A stretch of DNA of 64,000 nt, taken from assembly GCA_963849325.1 (NCBI GenBank), contig CAWKHF010000012.1, forward strand, positions 1,152,001 to 1,216,000, given 5' to 3'. The notes beneath the pieces were generated by a model. It was given only the letters and a program-made list of their open reading frames with translations. It had not been told where the DNA came from and ran no database searches. A program made the position numbers and the translations under genes. Source of the stretch: an uncultured Planctomycetota bacterium. Lineage in GTDB: Bacteria > Planctomycetota > Planctomycetia > Gemmatales > Gemmataceae. Every line of letters starts with the position of its first letter. The first letter of the stretch is position 1. Positions 35,678-46,496 of this stretch are shown here, in pieces.

Positions 35678-37863
35678 ATGCAAGATCCCCTGCAAGCTGC
35701 TATCCGGCAGCACCAACTCGGCCGCCTCCACGACGCGGGGCGGATGTACCAGGGCATCCTCGCCCACGATCCCAACCACTCCGACGCCCTGCACCTGCTC
35801 GGCGTGGTCGCCCACCAGCTCGGCCAGAACCAACCGGCGGCCGAGCTGATCGTCCGCGCCATCTCTCTGCAACCCGGCGTGGCCGCCTATTACGCCAACC
35901 TCGCCGAGGTTTGGCGGGCGCTGGGACAGACCGACCGGGCCATCGACGCTTGCCGCACCGCCCTGCGCTTGCAGCCGGAATATCCCGAAGCCGCCAACAA
36001 TCTCGGCCTGGCCCTGCTCGCCGCCGGCGACATCGCGGCCGCGATCGAACAGTTCCGGACGGCCCTCCGTCTTCGGCCGAATTTCGCCATGGTCTACAAC
36101 AACCTCGGCAACGCCCTGCGCCTCCAGGGCGACACGGCCGGGGCCATCGACCATTTCCGCCGAGCCGTCGAACTCGATTCCAACATCGTCGAGGCGCACA
36201 GCAATCTCGGCCAGCTGCTGTGCGAACGCAACGAACTGAAGGAGGCACTGGAGCATTGCGAGGAGGCCGTGCGGCTGCGGCCAAACGCTCCCGAGGCGCT
36301 GAGCAACCTCGGCAACGTCCTCCGTTCCCTGGGCCGGCTCGACGAGGCCAAGGGTTATTACGCCGAGTCGCTACGGATCAATCCGAACATCGGCATGGTC
36401 TACAACAACATGGCCCAGGCCCTTCAGGAGGAAGGGAAGTTCGACGAGGCCCTGGTGTGGTACGAGCAAGCCTTGCAGCGTGAGCCGAACACCGCGCACA
36501 TCCACTGCAACTTGGCCAGCGCCCTGGAAGAAAAGGAGTGTCACGAGGACGCCGTCGCTCGCTACGAGATGGCGCTGCGTTTGGACCCCAACTTCGCCGA
36601 GGCCCACAACGGCATCGGCGCCGTTCGCCACGAGCAGGGCCGCGACGAGGAGGCCCGCGTACACTACGAGGCGGCCGTGCGTCTCAAGCCGGACTTCGCC
36701 GGTGCCCACGCCAGCCTCGGCCATCTTCTGGAGGAACTGAACGATCTGAAGGGCGCGGAGGCGTGTTTCCGCTCCGCCCTCGGTCACGACGCCCACAATG
36801 CCGGCGCGCTGGGACAGCTGGCGATCCTGCTTCGCGGCAAGCTGCCCGAGGACGACCTTGCCGCCTTGCGGCGCCTGCTGGCCGAGCCGGAGACGCCGGA
36901 GGGCAAACGCGGCGTGCTGCACTTCGGTCTCGCTCAGGTCCTCGACGCCCGCGGCGAGTACGCCGAGGCCGGTGAGCACCTACGCCAGGCCAACGCGATC
37001 AGTCTCGCCGGCGCCCGCAAGCGCGGCAAGGACTACGATCCCGCCAGTCACACCCAGTTCGTCAGCGACATGATGGCGACCTGCACGCCGGAGTTCTTCG
37101 AGCGCCTGCGCGGACAGGGATTGGAGAGCGAGCGGCCGGTGTTCATCGTCGGCCTGCCGCGATCGGGAACGACGCTGGTGGAGCAGGTGCTGGCCAGTCA
37201 TGCCCAGGTGTTCGGCGCCGGCGAGCTGCGCTTCGCTCGGGAAGACTTCGACTCGCTTCCCCAGGTGCTGAGCAGCGAGGATAGTCCCCTGGCGTGCATG
37301 ACGCGGCTCGACGGCGATGCCCTACGGCTCATCGGTCAGCGCCACCTGGACCGCTTGCAAACCCTGGACGCCACGGCCACGCGCGTCGTGGATAAAATGC
37401 CGGATAATTATCTCTATCTCGGCTTCCTGTCCGTCCTATTCCCGCGCGCAAGTTCATCCATTGTCGCCGCGACCTGCGCGACGTGGCGGTATCGTGCTGG
37501 ATGACCAACTTCCGCCACATCCGCTGGGCCAACGACCCCGAGCACATCGCCTCGCGCTTCCAGGAGTACCGGCGCCTGACGGAATACTGGCGGGCCACCC
37601 TGCCGGTCCCGGTGCTGGACGTCTACTACGAGGACACGGTCGCCGATCTGGAGAGTGTCGCCCGCCGCTTGCTGGACTGGTGCGGTCTGGAGTGGGATCC
37701 GGCTTGCCTGTCGTTCTACGAGACGAAGCGTCCGGTGCGCACGGCCAGCGTGACGCAGGTGCGCCAGCCCGTGTACAAGCGCTCGGTCGCGCGCTGGAAA
37801 CACTACGAACCGGCGCTAGGTTCACTGTTCGCGCAGCTCGCACCGGATGAGAATAAAAATTGA
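35678..37863 (+). CDS. TPR-repeat sulfotransferase family protein (frameshift near 37450)
   Basis: About 10 TPRs; PAPS loop VFIVGLPRSGTTLVEQVL; DKMPDN; TASVTQVRQP. Confidence 0.92.
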
Positions 37864-37948
37864 ACCACGGATAACACGGATAACACGGATAAAAACAGAA
37901 AAGAGAGTATTCTTGTTTTTATCCGTGTTATCCGTGTTATCCGTGGTT
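37863..37948. repeat. Nonamer-based hairpin (ACACGGATA-type x3), 35-bp perfect arms
   Basis: aaccacggataacacggataacacggataaaaaca and its exact reverse complement. Confidence 0.92.
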
Positions 37949-37967
37949 TAAAATTTGGGACGACCGC

Positions 37968-38667
37968 GTGAGTCAGCCATCTTTTGAGATACTGTACGAA
38001 GACAATCACTGCTTGGCCGTTTCCAAGTCGAGCGGCGCTCTGAGCACACACTACCAGGGCCGCGAGCAGACACTGGACCGCGCCGTCAAGGAATACCTCA
38101 AGGACAAGTACCACAAGCCCGGCAACGTCTTCCTCGGCGTGGTGCATCGCCTCGACCGCCCCGTCTCCGGCGTGCTGTTGTTCGCGCGCACCAGCAAGGC
38201 GGCGGCCCGCCTGGCCCAGCAATTCCGCGAGGGCACCATCGAGAAAGTCTACTGGGCCGTCGTCGAGGGCGAGGTCGGACAACAGGCCGGCTCGCTGGAG
38301 GACTGGTTGCGCAAAAACGAGTCGGCCGGCCGCGTCGAAATCGTCGAGCCGCGCGAGAAAGGTGCTCGTCAAGCCCTGCTGCACTACCACCGCCGAGCCG
38401 TCCACGGAGGGCTGACCTGGTTGGAAGTGCGGCCGCAGACCGGCCGTACTCATCAGCTCCGCGTGCAGCTGGCGCACCACGGCCACCCGATCTACGGCGA
38501 TGCCAAGTACGGGGCCGTCCACACCTTCGGCCGGGCCATCGGTCTGCACGCCCGCGACCCTGACCTTTCTGCATCCGATCCGCTACGATCCGGTCACGCT
38601 GACGGCCGACGTGCCGCGCGCCTGGCGCGGCCGCTTCGCCTACCTGATGCGGGAGGGTCCGGCATGA
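37968..38667 (+). CDS. RluA family pseudouridine synthase
   Basis: ILYED, VHRLDRPVSG, TGRTHQLRVQL, GDAKYG, LHA. Confidence 0.93.
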
Positions 38668-39672
38668 GCGCCGCCCTGCTCGACACGATCCGCGACCTCA
38701 TCCAGGAGGACGTGGGCAACCGAGGGCTGGCCCGTGATCCCAGCGACAATCTCTTCACGGCCTGCCGTCCGGATTTCGCCACCGCCTGCGCGAGCATCGC
38801 CGCCGCGCCGAAACCGGCCCTCGCCGTCGTCACCGGCTTTCCGATCGTGGGCGCTGTCCCGCTTTGCGGCGAGACGGACGGCCCGCTCGGAGCGGTCTTC
38901 CTGGCCCGCGCACTGACGCCCCTGGGGATGAAAATTACGCTGTTGACGGATACGTTTTGTCAGCGAGCGCCTCGAAGCGGGCCTAGACGCTTGTGGATTG
39001 CGCAGCACCGTCCTCGTCGTAACCTTGCCTCCTTCAGGGGCGAGGGTCTCGTCAGAAAAAGGGACTAGGGGCGAGGGACTAGGGACTAGGGAAGAAACCT
39101 TTTCCCTATTCCCTAGTCCCTATTCCCTATTCCCTTCTTCTGACGAGACCCTAGTTCCTAAGCTGACGCACCTGGTCGCGCTGGAGCGAGTGGGACCGGG
39201 CCGAGATGGCCGCTGCCGCAACATGCGCGGTCTCGACATTACCGAGAATACAGCTCCCGCTTCTTGGTTATTCGAGGATGCCGCTCGCCGGACGCCGCCT
39301 GTTACGACCATCGGTATCGGCGATGGCGGCAACGAGATCGGCATGGGCAAAATCCCCGAGACGGTCATCGACCGCAACATCCCCAACGGAGGGCAGATCG
39401 CCTGCCGCGTTCCGACCGATCACCTGATCGTCGCCGGCGTCAGCAACTGGGGAGCTTACGCCCTGGCCGCCGGCGTGGCCGTCCTGCGCGGGCGGCGACT
39501 GCCCGCCGCGCTGTTCGATGTCGAGCGCGAGCGCGATTTGCTGCGTATCATGGTCGAGGAAGGCCCCTTGGTGGATGGCGTCACGGCCCGGGCGACCGTC
39601 TCGGTGGATGGTTTGTCGTTTCCGGATTACGCCAGGCCACTGCGGCTGCTGGCGGAGGTGGTGGGGGCATAA
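38664..39672 (+). CDS. DUF4392 / glutamate-cyclase domain protein (one frameshift)
   Basis: VTGF, ETDGPLGA, ALERVG, GIGDGGNEIGMG, GVSNWGAY. Confidence 0.85.
39043..39152. repeat. Heptamer-based hairpin in frame within the DUF4392 gene
   Basis: 15-bp perfect outer arms agggtctcgtcagaa / ttctgacgagaccct enclosing GGGACTA and TATTCCC heptamers. Confidence 0.85.
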
Positions 39673-39674
39673 GC

Positions 39675-40466
39675 ATGGGCGACCTGCGACTTGCGAGCGG
39701 AGCGGAGGTGCGGCGGCAGGCCCGTGCCGGGGAACTGACCGGGCCGACGCCCGGCCTGGCCGCCGGCTACGTGCAAGCAAACCTTGTCGTGGTGCCGCGC
39801 GACATCGCCTTCGATTTCTTGCTGTTCTGCCAGCGCAACCCGCGCCCTGTCCGCTGCTGGACGTCACCGATCCGGGCTGTCCCGAGCCGCGCCAGCGCCG
39901 CATCCGGCGCCGATGTCCGCAGGGACATCCCGCGTTACTGCGTTTACCGTCATGGTGAATTGATCGACGAGCCGGCCGACCTGTTCGCCTGGTGGCGCGA
40001 TGACCTGGTGGCGTTCCTGCTCGGCTGCTCCTTCACCTTCGAGAACGCCCTATTGAAAGCGGGTCTTCCGGTTCGCCACATCGAGCAGGGCTGCAATGTG
40101 CCGATGTATCGCACCAACATCGCCTGCCATCCGGCGGGTATCTTCGCCGGGCCGATGGTCGTGTCGATGCGGCCGTTGACGCCGACTCAGGCGGAGGCGG
40201 CAACCGTCATCTGTCAGCGCTTTCCGCAGGCACATGGGGCGCCGCTTCACGCCGGCGATCCCTCCGTCCTCGGCATCCGCGACATCCAGCGACCCGACTT
40301 CGGCGACGCGGTCGAGGTCCGCTCCGGGGAAATTCCCGTCTTCTGGGCCTGCGGCGTGACGCCGCAAGCCGTGGCCATGCAGGCCAGGCCGCCGCTGTTG
40401 CTGACGCACAAGCCCGGACACATGTTCGTCACCGATCTGCGCGATAGGGATCTGGAAACCGCGTAA
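39675..40466 (+). CDS. DUF1445 putative hydro-lyase (YcsI / D-glutamate cyclase family)
   Basis: QANLVV, FCQRNP.PCP, GCSFTFE, NVPMYRTN, HGAP, FWACGVTPQ, THKPGHMFVTD. Confidence 0.9.
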   Translation: MGDLRLASGAEVRRQARAGELTGPTPGLAAGYVQANLVVVPRDIAFDFLLFCQRNPRPVRCWTSPIRAVPSRASAASGADVRRDIPRYCVYRHGELIDEPADLFAWWRDDLVAFLLGCSFTFENALLKAGLPVRHIEQGCNVPMYRTNIACHPAGIFAGPMVVSMRPLTPTQAEAATVICQRFPQAHGAPLHAGDPSVLGIRDIQRPDFGDAVEVRSGEIPVFWACGVTPQAVAMQARPPLLLTHKPGHMFVTDLRDRDLETA

Positions 40467-41973
40467 CATTCGGCCGCGCTCCCTGTGTAGGCAGCGGCGT
40501 TTGCGGATGCAGACTGTCGTAGCACAGCCACAGACCCAGGGCGGTGATGAGCGCGGCGCTGACCAGGGGCAGAGCGCGCACCACGGTTCGCACGCGCGGC
40601 CCGCCGCCCCAGCGGGCCGCGGCCCAGTTGCGCGCCCAGACGACGCCGACGCCGAGACCGACGAGGACGCCGGCCAGTCCCGCGCTGAACGCCAGCAACA
40701 GCGGCACTCCCAGCCATAAACGCTGCGCCGAGATCGCCAGGCACAGCAGGATGATCGCATCCCAGCACGGCACCAATCCGCCGCGCATCCCCAACAGCAC
40801 CAGATGCCACCAGCGCACCGACGTCCCGTCCGCCGGCAGGGAGATGTGCGTGTGATCGTGGTCGTGGTCATGATCGTGGTGATGGGGATGCGAATGGCCG
40901 CCGAGGTGAAAATGATCGGCGCGGCCGGACAGCCGGCGGAACAGTAGCCACAGACCCAGGCCGGCGATGAACAGGCCGCCGATCAGCCCCTGAACGTAGT
41001 ACATCAGGTTGGCGGCCGCCGGCGAAATCAGGAAGACGACGGCCAGGACGAAGACGGCGCCGGTGTGCGTTAGCGTGGTCATCAGACCCAGCAGCAAGGC
41101 GTGCCAGACCGTGCCGTGTTCGCCGACGAGGTACGCCGCCACCAGCGTTTTGCCGTGGCCGGGTGTCAAGGCGTGGACGGCGCCGAAGCCGGCGGCCAGG
41201 AGAAGCAGCACGGCGAGGCCGCGTCGCGTATCGAAGAGCAAGTGCAACAGCTTCTGGGGATGGCCGTCCTCTTCCTCCGCCGGGACGACGGTGCTTTCCG
41301 GCTGTTCCGCCTGTTTCTCCTCGCCCTTCAGTGGAGTGGTGTCGTCGAGGACGAAGGTGGCCGACGCCTGACGGAGACGATCGGAGTCACCCGGTTTGCG
41401 TTCCAGGGGCGGCCGATCCAGCAGGGCCGCGTCCGGCGCCGATGTGCTTTGCAATGTCACGCCCGGCCCTGTCGCCAGCGTCAGCCGCAGCTGGCTGAAA
41501 TCGTCCCGATCGTAGTTGGTGTCGCGGAAGGAGAACGTGTGCGTCGCGCCGCGCTCCGGCTGCCACGGGGCGGTAAACGTGAAGTCGTAGCGTAGATGGT
41601 CCTTCACCGTATCGTCGTGTCGGCCAGCGCTGCGACCGAAGACGAGGGGTTTACCGTCCAGGCGGACATCGAGGTTCTTGGCGAGGAGGGGTCCGAAGTG
41701 CCGGACGAACGCCTGATGAAACGCCCTCTCACTGGTGATGCGGGGGAATTCGCCCGGCGTCAGTTCGGAGCGGGCCAGGTCCAACTCGGCGCAGCCGGCG
41801 TCCACTTCGAGCTGATACTTCACCACCACGGCGGCCGGCGTCAGCTTCACCTCGATTGTCCGGTCGTGGTTGTCCTTGGGCACCGGATGGGCAAAAGCCG
41901 ATTCACCGCGGAGAACGCAGAGAGCGCAGAGAAGAATGGAAAAGAGAAGAAGGAATCGCCGGAAGGTAGCCAT
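40429..41973 (-). CDS. Nickel/cobalt transporter (RcnA/HoxN-like) with periplasmic N-terminal domain
   Basis: HALTPGHGKT, THT, His-rich loop HSHPHHHDHDHDHDH, GLVPC, FSAGLA. Confidence 0.88.
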   Translation of the reverse strand: MATFRRFLLLFSILLCALCVLRGESAFAHPVPKDNHDRTIEVKLTPAAVVVKYQLEVDAGCAELDLARSELTPGEFPRITSERAFHQAFVRHFGPLLAKNLDVRLDGKPLVFGRSAGRHDDTVKDHLRYDFTFTAPWQPERGATHTFSFRDTNYDRDDFSQLRLTLATGPGVTLQSTSAPDAALLDRPPLERKPGDSDRLRQASATFVLDDTTPLKGEEKQAEQPESTVVPAEEEDGHPQKLLHLLFDTRRGLAVLLLLAAGFGAVHALTPGHGKTLVAAYLVGEHGTVWHALLLGLMTTLTHTGAVFVLAVVFLISPAAANLMYYVQGLIGGLFIAGLGLWLLFRRLSGRADHFHLGGHSHPHHHDHDHDHDHTHISLPADGTSVRWWHLVLLGMRGGLVPCWDAIILLCLAISAQRLWLGVPLLLAFSAGLAGVLVGLGVGVVWARNWAAARWGGGPRVRTVVRALPLVSAALITALGLWLCYDSLHPQTPLPTQGARPNVTRFPDPYRADR

Positions 41974-42027
41974 GTGTCTGCTTGGTTCTGTTTTCTCTCT
42001 GCGTTCTCCGCGTTCTCCGCGGTGAAT
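41901..42027. repeat. Nonamer-based hairpin (CGCRGAGAR)n spanning the transporter start codon
   Basis: attcaccgcggagaacgcagagagcgcagaga / tctctgcgttctccgcgttctccgcggtgaat. Confidence 0.85.
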
Positions 42028-42030
42028 TCT

Positions 42031-43171
42031 TTATTTTTTCGGCTTGCAGTAGCCCAGCGTCATAAGGGCGTAGCCGGTGACGATGTTCGGATCCGCCTCC
42101 ATCCAGTGGGCGTTGTCGTTGCGCCAGCTGCCGTCGTCGCGCTGCCGTCGGGCCAGCGCCGCCGTGAGGTCGGCGCGCCAGTCGTGTTTCTTGCCGCCGG
42201 CGTCCTCGACCTCATCGCGTCCGAGCACATCGAGGCACTTGGCCATCGTGTGATAGTAATAATACAGGCCCCAGTGGCCGCGCACCTCGGGCATGCCGGG
42301 GTTGGCGTCCACCGTGTAGTTCTTGCGGACCCACTCCTACGCCTTTTGGATGCGCGGATCGTCCTTGGAGACGCCGCAGTAGATCAGGCTCTTGATGCCG
42401 GCGTAGGTCATGCTGCCGTAGCCGGGCAGGCCGCCGCCGTCGTTGGGCTTGTCCTGCGTCTTGGTCTGGCCGCCGGCGGCAGGGCTGTAGATGAAACTGC
42501 CGTCGTTGATCTTGCCGGCCCATTTCTGATCGTTGTGCTCGCCTTTGAGGTTCTGACAACGGCTGACGAAGATCGCAGCTTTCTTGAAAGCCGGGTCGTT
42601 CTTGGGAATGCCGGCCGCCACCAGGGCGTCGAGGAAGAACTGCGTGTTCGACAGGTCCGGCCGCTGATTTGCTGTCGTAGCCGGCGCCGCCGTAGTAATC
42701 GTCGTCGCGTTTGCGGCCCTCGCCCTCGTCCCATTGCAAGCCGCGCAGGAACTTGGCGGCGTCAGCGACGACGGCCTTGTAACTGTCGCGTTTGGCGCTG
42801 ACCAGGGCCAGCACGTTGACGCAGGTGACGTAGTTCTGCAACTGCACGCGCGGATCTTTGCCGGCGATGTGGCCGGCCCTGGGGTTGATGAGCGATTCGA
42901 TGTACTTCAAGCCGCGCTCCACCATCGGATCGTCCGGGCCGACCTTGCCTGTCTGGAGCACGCCGGTCAGCACGATGCCGGTGGTGCCGATCTGCTGTTT
43001 GCCGCCCCAGCTGCCGTCCGCGTTCTGCGTCCGGCGCAGGTAGGCGACAGCCTTGTCCACGGTATCGTTCCACTGCTTCGGGTCCGGCCCCGCCTTCGCC
43101 GCGGGCGACAACAGCAGCAGGGCGAGCAGTCCCCATGACAACTTTCCCCAGGTACGCGCATGGCTAATCAT
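42031..43171 (-). CDS. Prenyltransferase/squalene-oxidase-repeat secreted protein (frameshift and one in-frame stop)
   Basis: [46 protein letters not shown]. Confidence 0.82.
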
Positions 43172-43301
43172 CGAGCTATCCCCCTTGTTGACGGCCATCC
43201 GTATTGTAGACGAGCCGGCGGACAAAAAAGAACAGCCCGCCGCGCCGGCAAGGGCGAACCCTTGCCCGCGTAGCGGGCTGATGGTAACGTCTTTCGTCCC
43301 G

Positions 43302-43589
43302 TTACTCGACGACGGCGAGGATGTCTTCTTCGGTCATGATGAGATATTCTTCGCCATCGATGGTCACTTCGTTGCCGGCGTAGGAGGTGAACAGGACGCG
43401 ATCGCCTTCCTTGACCTGGAAGGCGGCGCGTTGGCCGTTGTCCAGGCGCTTGCCTTCGCCGAGGCTGAGCACCTTGCCCTGCTTGGGCTTCTCCTTGGCC
43501 GAGTCCGGCAGGACGATGCCGCCGGCCGTCTTCTCTTCCGCTTCGAGGCGTTTGACCACGATCTTGTCATTGAGCGGTACGACTGTCAT
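43302..43589 (-). CDS. groES: Co-chaperonin GroES
   Basis: [41 protein letters not shown]. Confidence 0.96.
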   Translation of the reverse strand: MTVVPLNDKIVVKRLEAEEKTAGGIVLPDSAKEKPKQGKVLSLGEGKRLDNGQRAAFQVKEGDRVLFTSYAGNEVTIDGEEYLIMTEEDILAVVE

Positions 43590-43603
43590 GCCGCTGTGCT
43601 CCT

Positions 43604-44035
43604 TCAGGGTGAAACATCTTGCTGTTGCCCGCCGCTCCCGCGTTTGCCGTAAACGACCGACAAGGCCCGGAGCACGGTGTACAGCACCACATTCTTGCTG
43701 ACTGGCTTGGGGATGACGCTGTAAAAGTGCAGCTGGCACGCCTGACGAATCACGCTTTCGTCGGCGTCGCCGGTTATCAGGATGGCCGGCAACATGCCCT
43801 TGATCTGCCGCACCAACTGTAACGTCTCCATCCCCGTCAGGGTCGGCATGTGCATGTCCAGCAAGGCCAAATGCACGTCCGACTCTCGGACAATATCGAG
43901 CGCCTCTTCACCGGACGACGCCAGCAAGGTACGGAAGCCTTCCGGTTCCATGATGTCGCGCAAGGCTTGCCGGCAACTGGTGTCATCGTCGGCGATCAGG
44001 ATCGAATAATCCGGCGTGTGCGTAGTCGCCTTCAT
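43604..44035 (-). CDS. Single-domain response regulator
   Basis: [21 protein letters not shown]. Confidence 0.9.
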   Translation of the reverse strand: MKATTHTPDYSILIADDDTSCRQALRDIMEPEGFRTLLASSGEEALDIVRESDVHLALLDMHMPTLTGMETLQLVRQIKGMLPAILITGDADESVIRQACQLHFYSVIPKPVSKNVVLYTVLRALSVVYGKRGSGGQQQDVSP

Positions 44036-44129
44036 GCCGCGTACCTCGTCTGGCCGTTCCTCGTATCCTGAGCCTGGCCGGCGGCACGACCACGGGAGGA
44101 TTGCTCCTACGGAGCTAAATCATCTGGGT

Positions 44130-44145
44130 AGCAAAGCTCGTACCG
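44130..44145 (-). promoter_or_regulatory. Putative sigma54 (-24/-12) promoter
   Basis: Minus strand CGGTACGAGCTTTGCT: GG-N10-GC with TTGCT, about 95 bp upstream of the response regulator. Confidence 0.5.
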
Positions 44146-44298
44146 CCGTCTCATCGAGCGAGGTCGAATGACCTAACTTCTTATGTCAGTAGATCATTCG
44201 TTTTAGGATAAATCAAGTCCCCATCCCCTTCTCGGTTGCCAAAAAATCGCCAAGCTGCCAGTCTGTCCCGACGCGCTGTCAATGTGACAGGAGAAGAC

Positions 44299-45333
44299 TT
44301 ATTTTTTGTCGGCTGCGGCGGGTGCGGTTTGTGGACGCGGGGAGACCCAGAGCTTGTCGGGATTAAAGTCGTCGTCGTCGAGATTGAGGGGTGCTTGCAG
44401 GCGGTCGTAGCGGTAGTATTCGACCTCCTGGCCCTTGTCATCGTAGGTGACGACGAGCAGCGGCAGCTGCCAATCGGGGTCGAAGCACATCAACCGTCGG
44501 CCGCCGCGCGGCAGCTCCGGCTCGGCGCCAGGGGGGATGATACGTTCCAGCGTTTCGACCGGCTGCGGATATTCGGGCCGACGCTGCGGCGCGATGGCGG
44601 TCAGGGCACCCAACCGGCGGTCGCCGCGTTCCTGAGCGTCGAGCAGGGCGGTGAGAGATTCGACGCAGTGGCCGATGCCGGCATCGGTGATGGGGTGGCG
44701 ACTGGCGGAGCGGGCGAGAATGCTGTCCGGGGCGACCGCGATGCGAGCGCCGGCCGGCATCAGCGGCGCGTCGCCGGCCGCCAGTTTGGTATGAATCTTG
44801 TTCTCATAGCGTCCCTTCACGTACACCACTTCGCGGCCCTTCTTCGTCTCGCCCAGCCATTTGAAATGGACGCTCCACGGCTCTTTGCGGAACTTGAACA
44901 GCAGGATTTCTTCGGGCTGCGCCTTGTCCTTGAGGTATTCGCGGCGAGTCAGGCGAACGATGTACGAGTCGAGGACGGCGCAGCGGACAGCCGCCTGCTG
45001 GAGCAATTGTCGGGCCGTGTGCGGCGGCGTCTGGGACAGGGATGCGCCGGGCGTTGGTGTTGGCGTTTGCGGCGGAGGCGTCGGCGCAGGAGGTGGACTT
45101 CGTCGTACTCGGCTGGTTGACTGGGGGCGACGGCACGGGAACAAGAGGGATGTCCGCCCGCGCTACCGCGTCATCCGGGATGCGCAGCTCCGGTGTGGGA
45201 GGTTCGGCGACCGTCCGCAGTCGCGGCCGGTTGGTGGTATCGATGCCGCCGGGCAAATCGCCCAGGCCGATGCACCCGGCCAGGACCACGCATATCGTCC
45301 CGGCCGCCGCGCAGCGAGTTTGCCGCCGATCAT
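44299..45333 (-). CDS. DUF1571 family lipoprotein (frameshifted)
   Basis: Lipobox LAGC; KFRKEPWSVHFKW, GREVVYV, SRHPITDAG, VEYYRY..LDDDDFNP. Confidence 0.75.
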
Positions 45334-45468
45334 CGCGCCTTCCTTCCGTGGAGGACCAGCGCCCGCCTCCTGCGGACGCGAAGCGGCACTCTACAGCAAA
45401 GAGGACGGGCTGACAAGATGACAAGGTGAACCAGCCGCTCTCCGCGCCCATCCACCCGTCGAGGAACC

Positions 45469-46489
45469 TTACTGTCCGCGCGAGGCGGTGCCGTGACGCG
45501 AGGCGGCGATACTGGTGCCTTCGGGCAGCGCGCGGCCGGCAACCACGATGTCGCGCTCGTGCATGTAATCGCGGAGCTTGCGATAGAGCGGGAAGCTGTC
45601 GGGATAGACGCACAGCGTCACCGCCGTCTGCGACGGCTCGATGCCGTCGATGACGCGGCGGAAGTCCGAGCCGGGCGCCAGCGCGGCCTCCAACGCCTCG
45701 CCGCGATCCGGCGTCAGCGGCTCGACTTCCCACGAGCACTCGGGCTTGCGGCTAAGAGTCGTCCATCTCCAAAGAATAGCGCAGGCGAAACGGGCCAATC
45801 GGCTCGGTGACGCCGCTCCACTTGCCGGTGTTGCGCAGCGTGTCGCCGCCCTGGCCGTGCAGCGCCCGTTGTAGCTCGTCGAGAAAACCGCCGATATCGA
45901 CGAGGGTAACACGGCCGCGGCGGCACTCGAACAGCAGCTCCTCCGACTGTAAGGGGTGGCTCACCGGCGTGCGATAGCGCAGGGTCTGCTTGAGGGACGG
46001 GGCCTTGCGCAGCGCCTCGATCTCTTCCATCACACGCTGGCTGCGCGCGCGGATCTCCGACAGCGACAGCGAGGCGACGCGGACGGACTGACTCTCCTGC
46101 CGGGTCTTCTCTTCGAGGTCCTTTTTCTCTTTTTCGATCTCCCCGGAATGGGCCGTCAGATGGGCCAGCTCTTCGGCGGTCAGCGTGCTATCCTGGCGAA
46201 GCTTCTGCCACTCCTTGAGCTGTTCGAGCAAACGGGCTTGCGTCTCGGCCAGCTCGCGGCGCTGCCGCTCCAGTTCGGGGGCCAGGGGGTCTTGCGGATC
46301 GGGCAGCTCTTCCACTTCTTCTTGTGTCAATGCCGGCGGCGCCGCCGGCACGACGGCCTTGTACGAACGCGCGCCGACCCAGGCGACGAGGATGAGACGA
46401 AGGATGATGCCGACGACGTTGGCGACAACGTCGAGGAACGAGTCGAAGCTGAACTCGATTTCGCGGACCTTGCGTCGTCGTCGGATCAT
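45469..46489 (-). CDS. ExbD-like single-TM coiled-coil protein (TM Asp retained)
   Basis: DSFLDVVANVVGIIL TM, coiled coil, then FEC..G.V and TLCVYPDSF domain. Confidence 0.6.
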
Positions 46490-46496
46490 GGCTTCA

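Noticed and set aside
42337-42339. In-frame TAG (also at 57064-57066 in moxR) as possible stop-codon recoding
   Set aside because: TAG ends intact genes elsewhere in the window (29507-29509); isolated base errors are more likely
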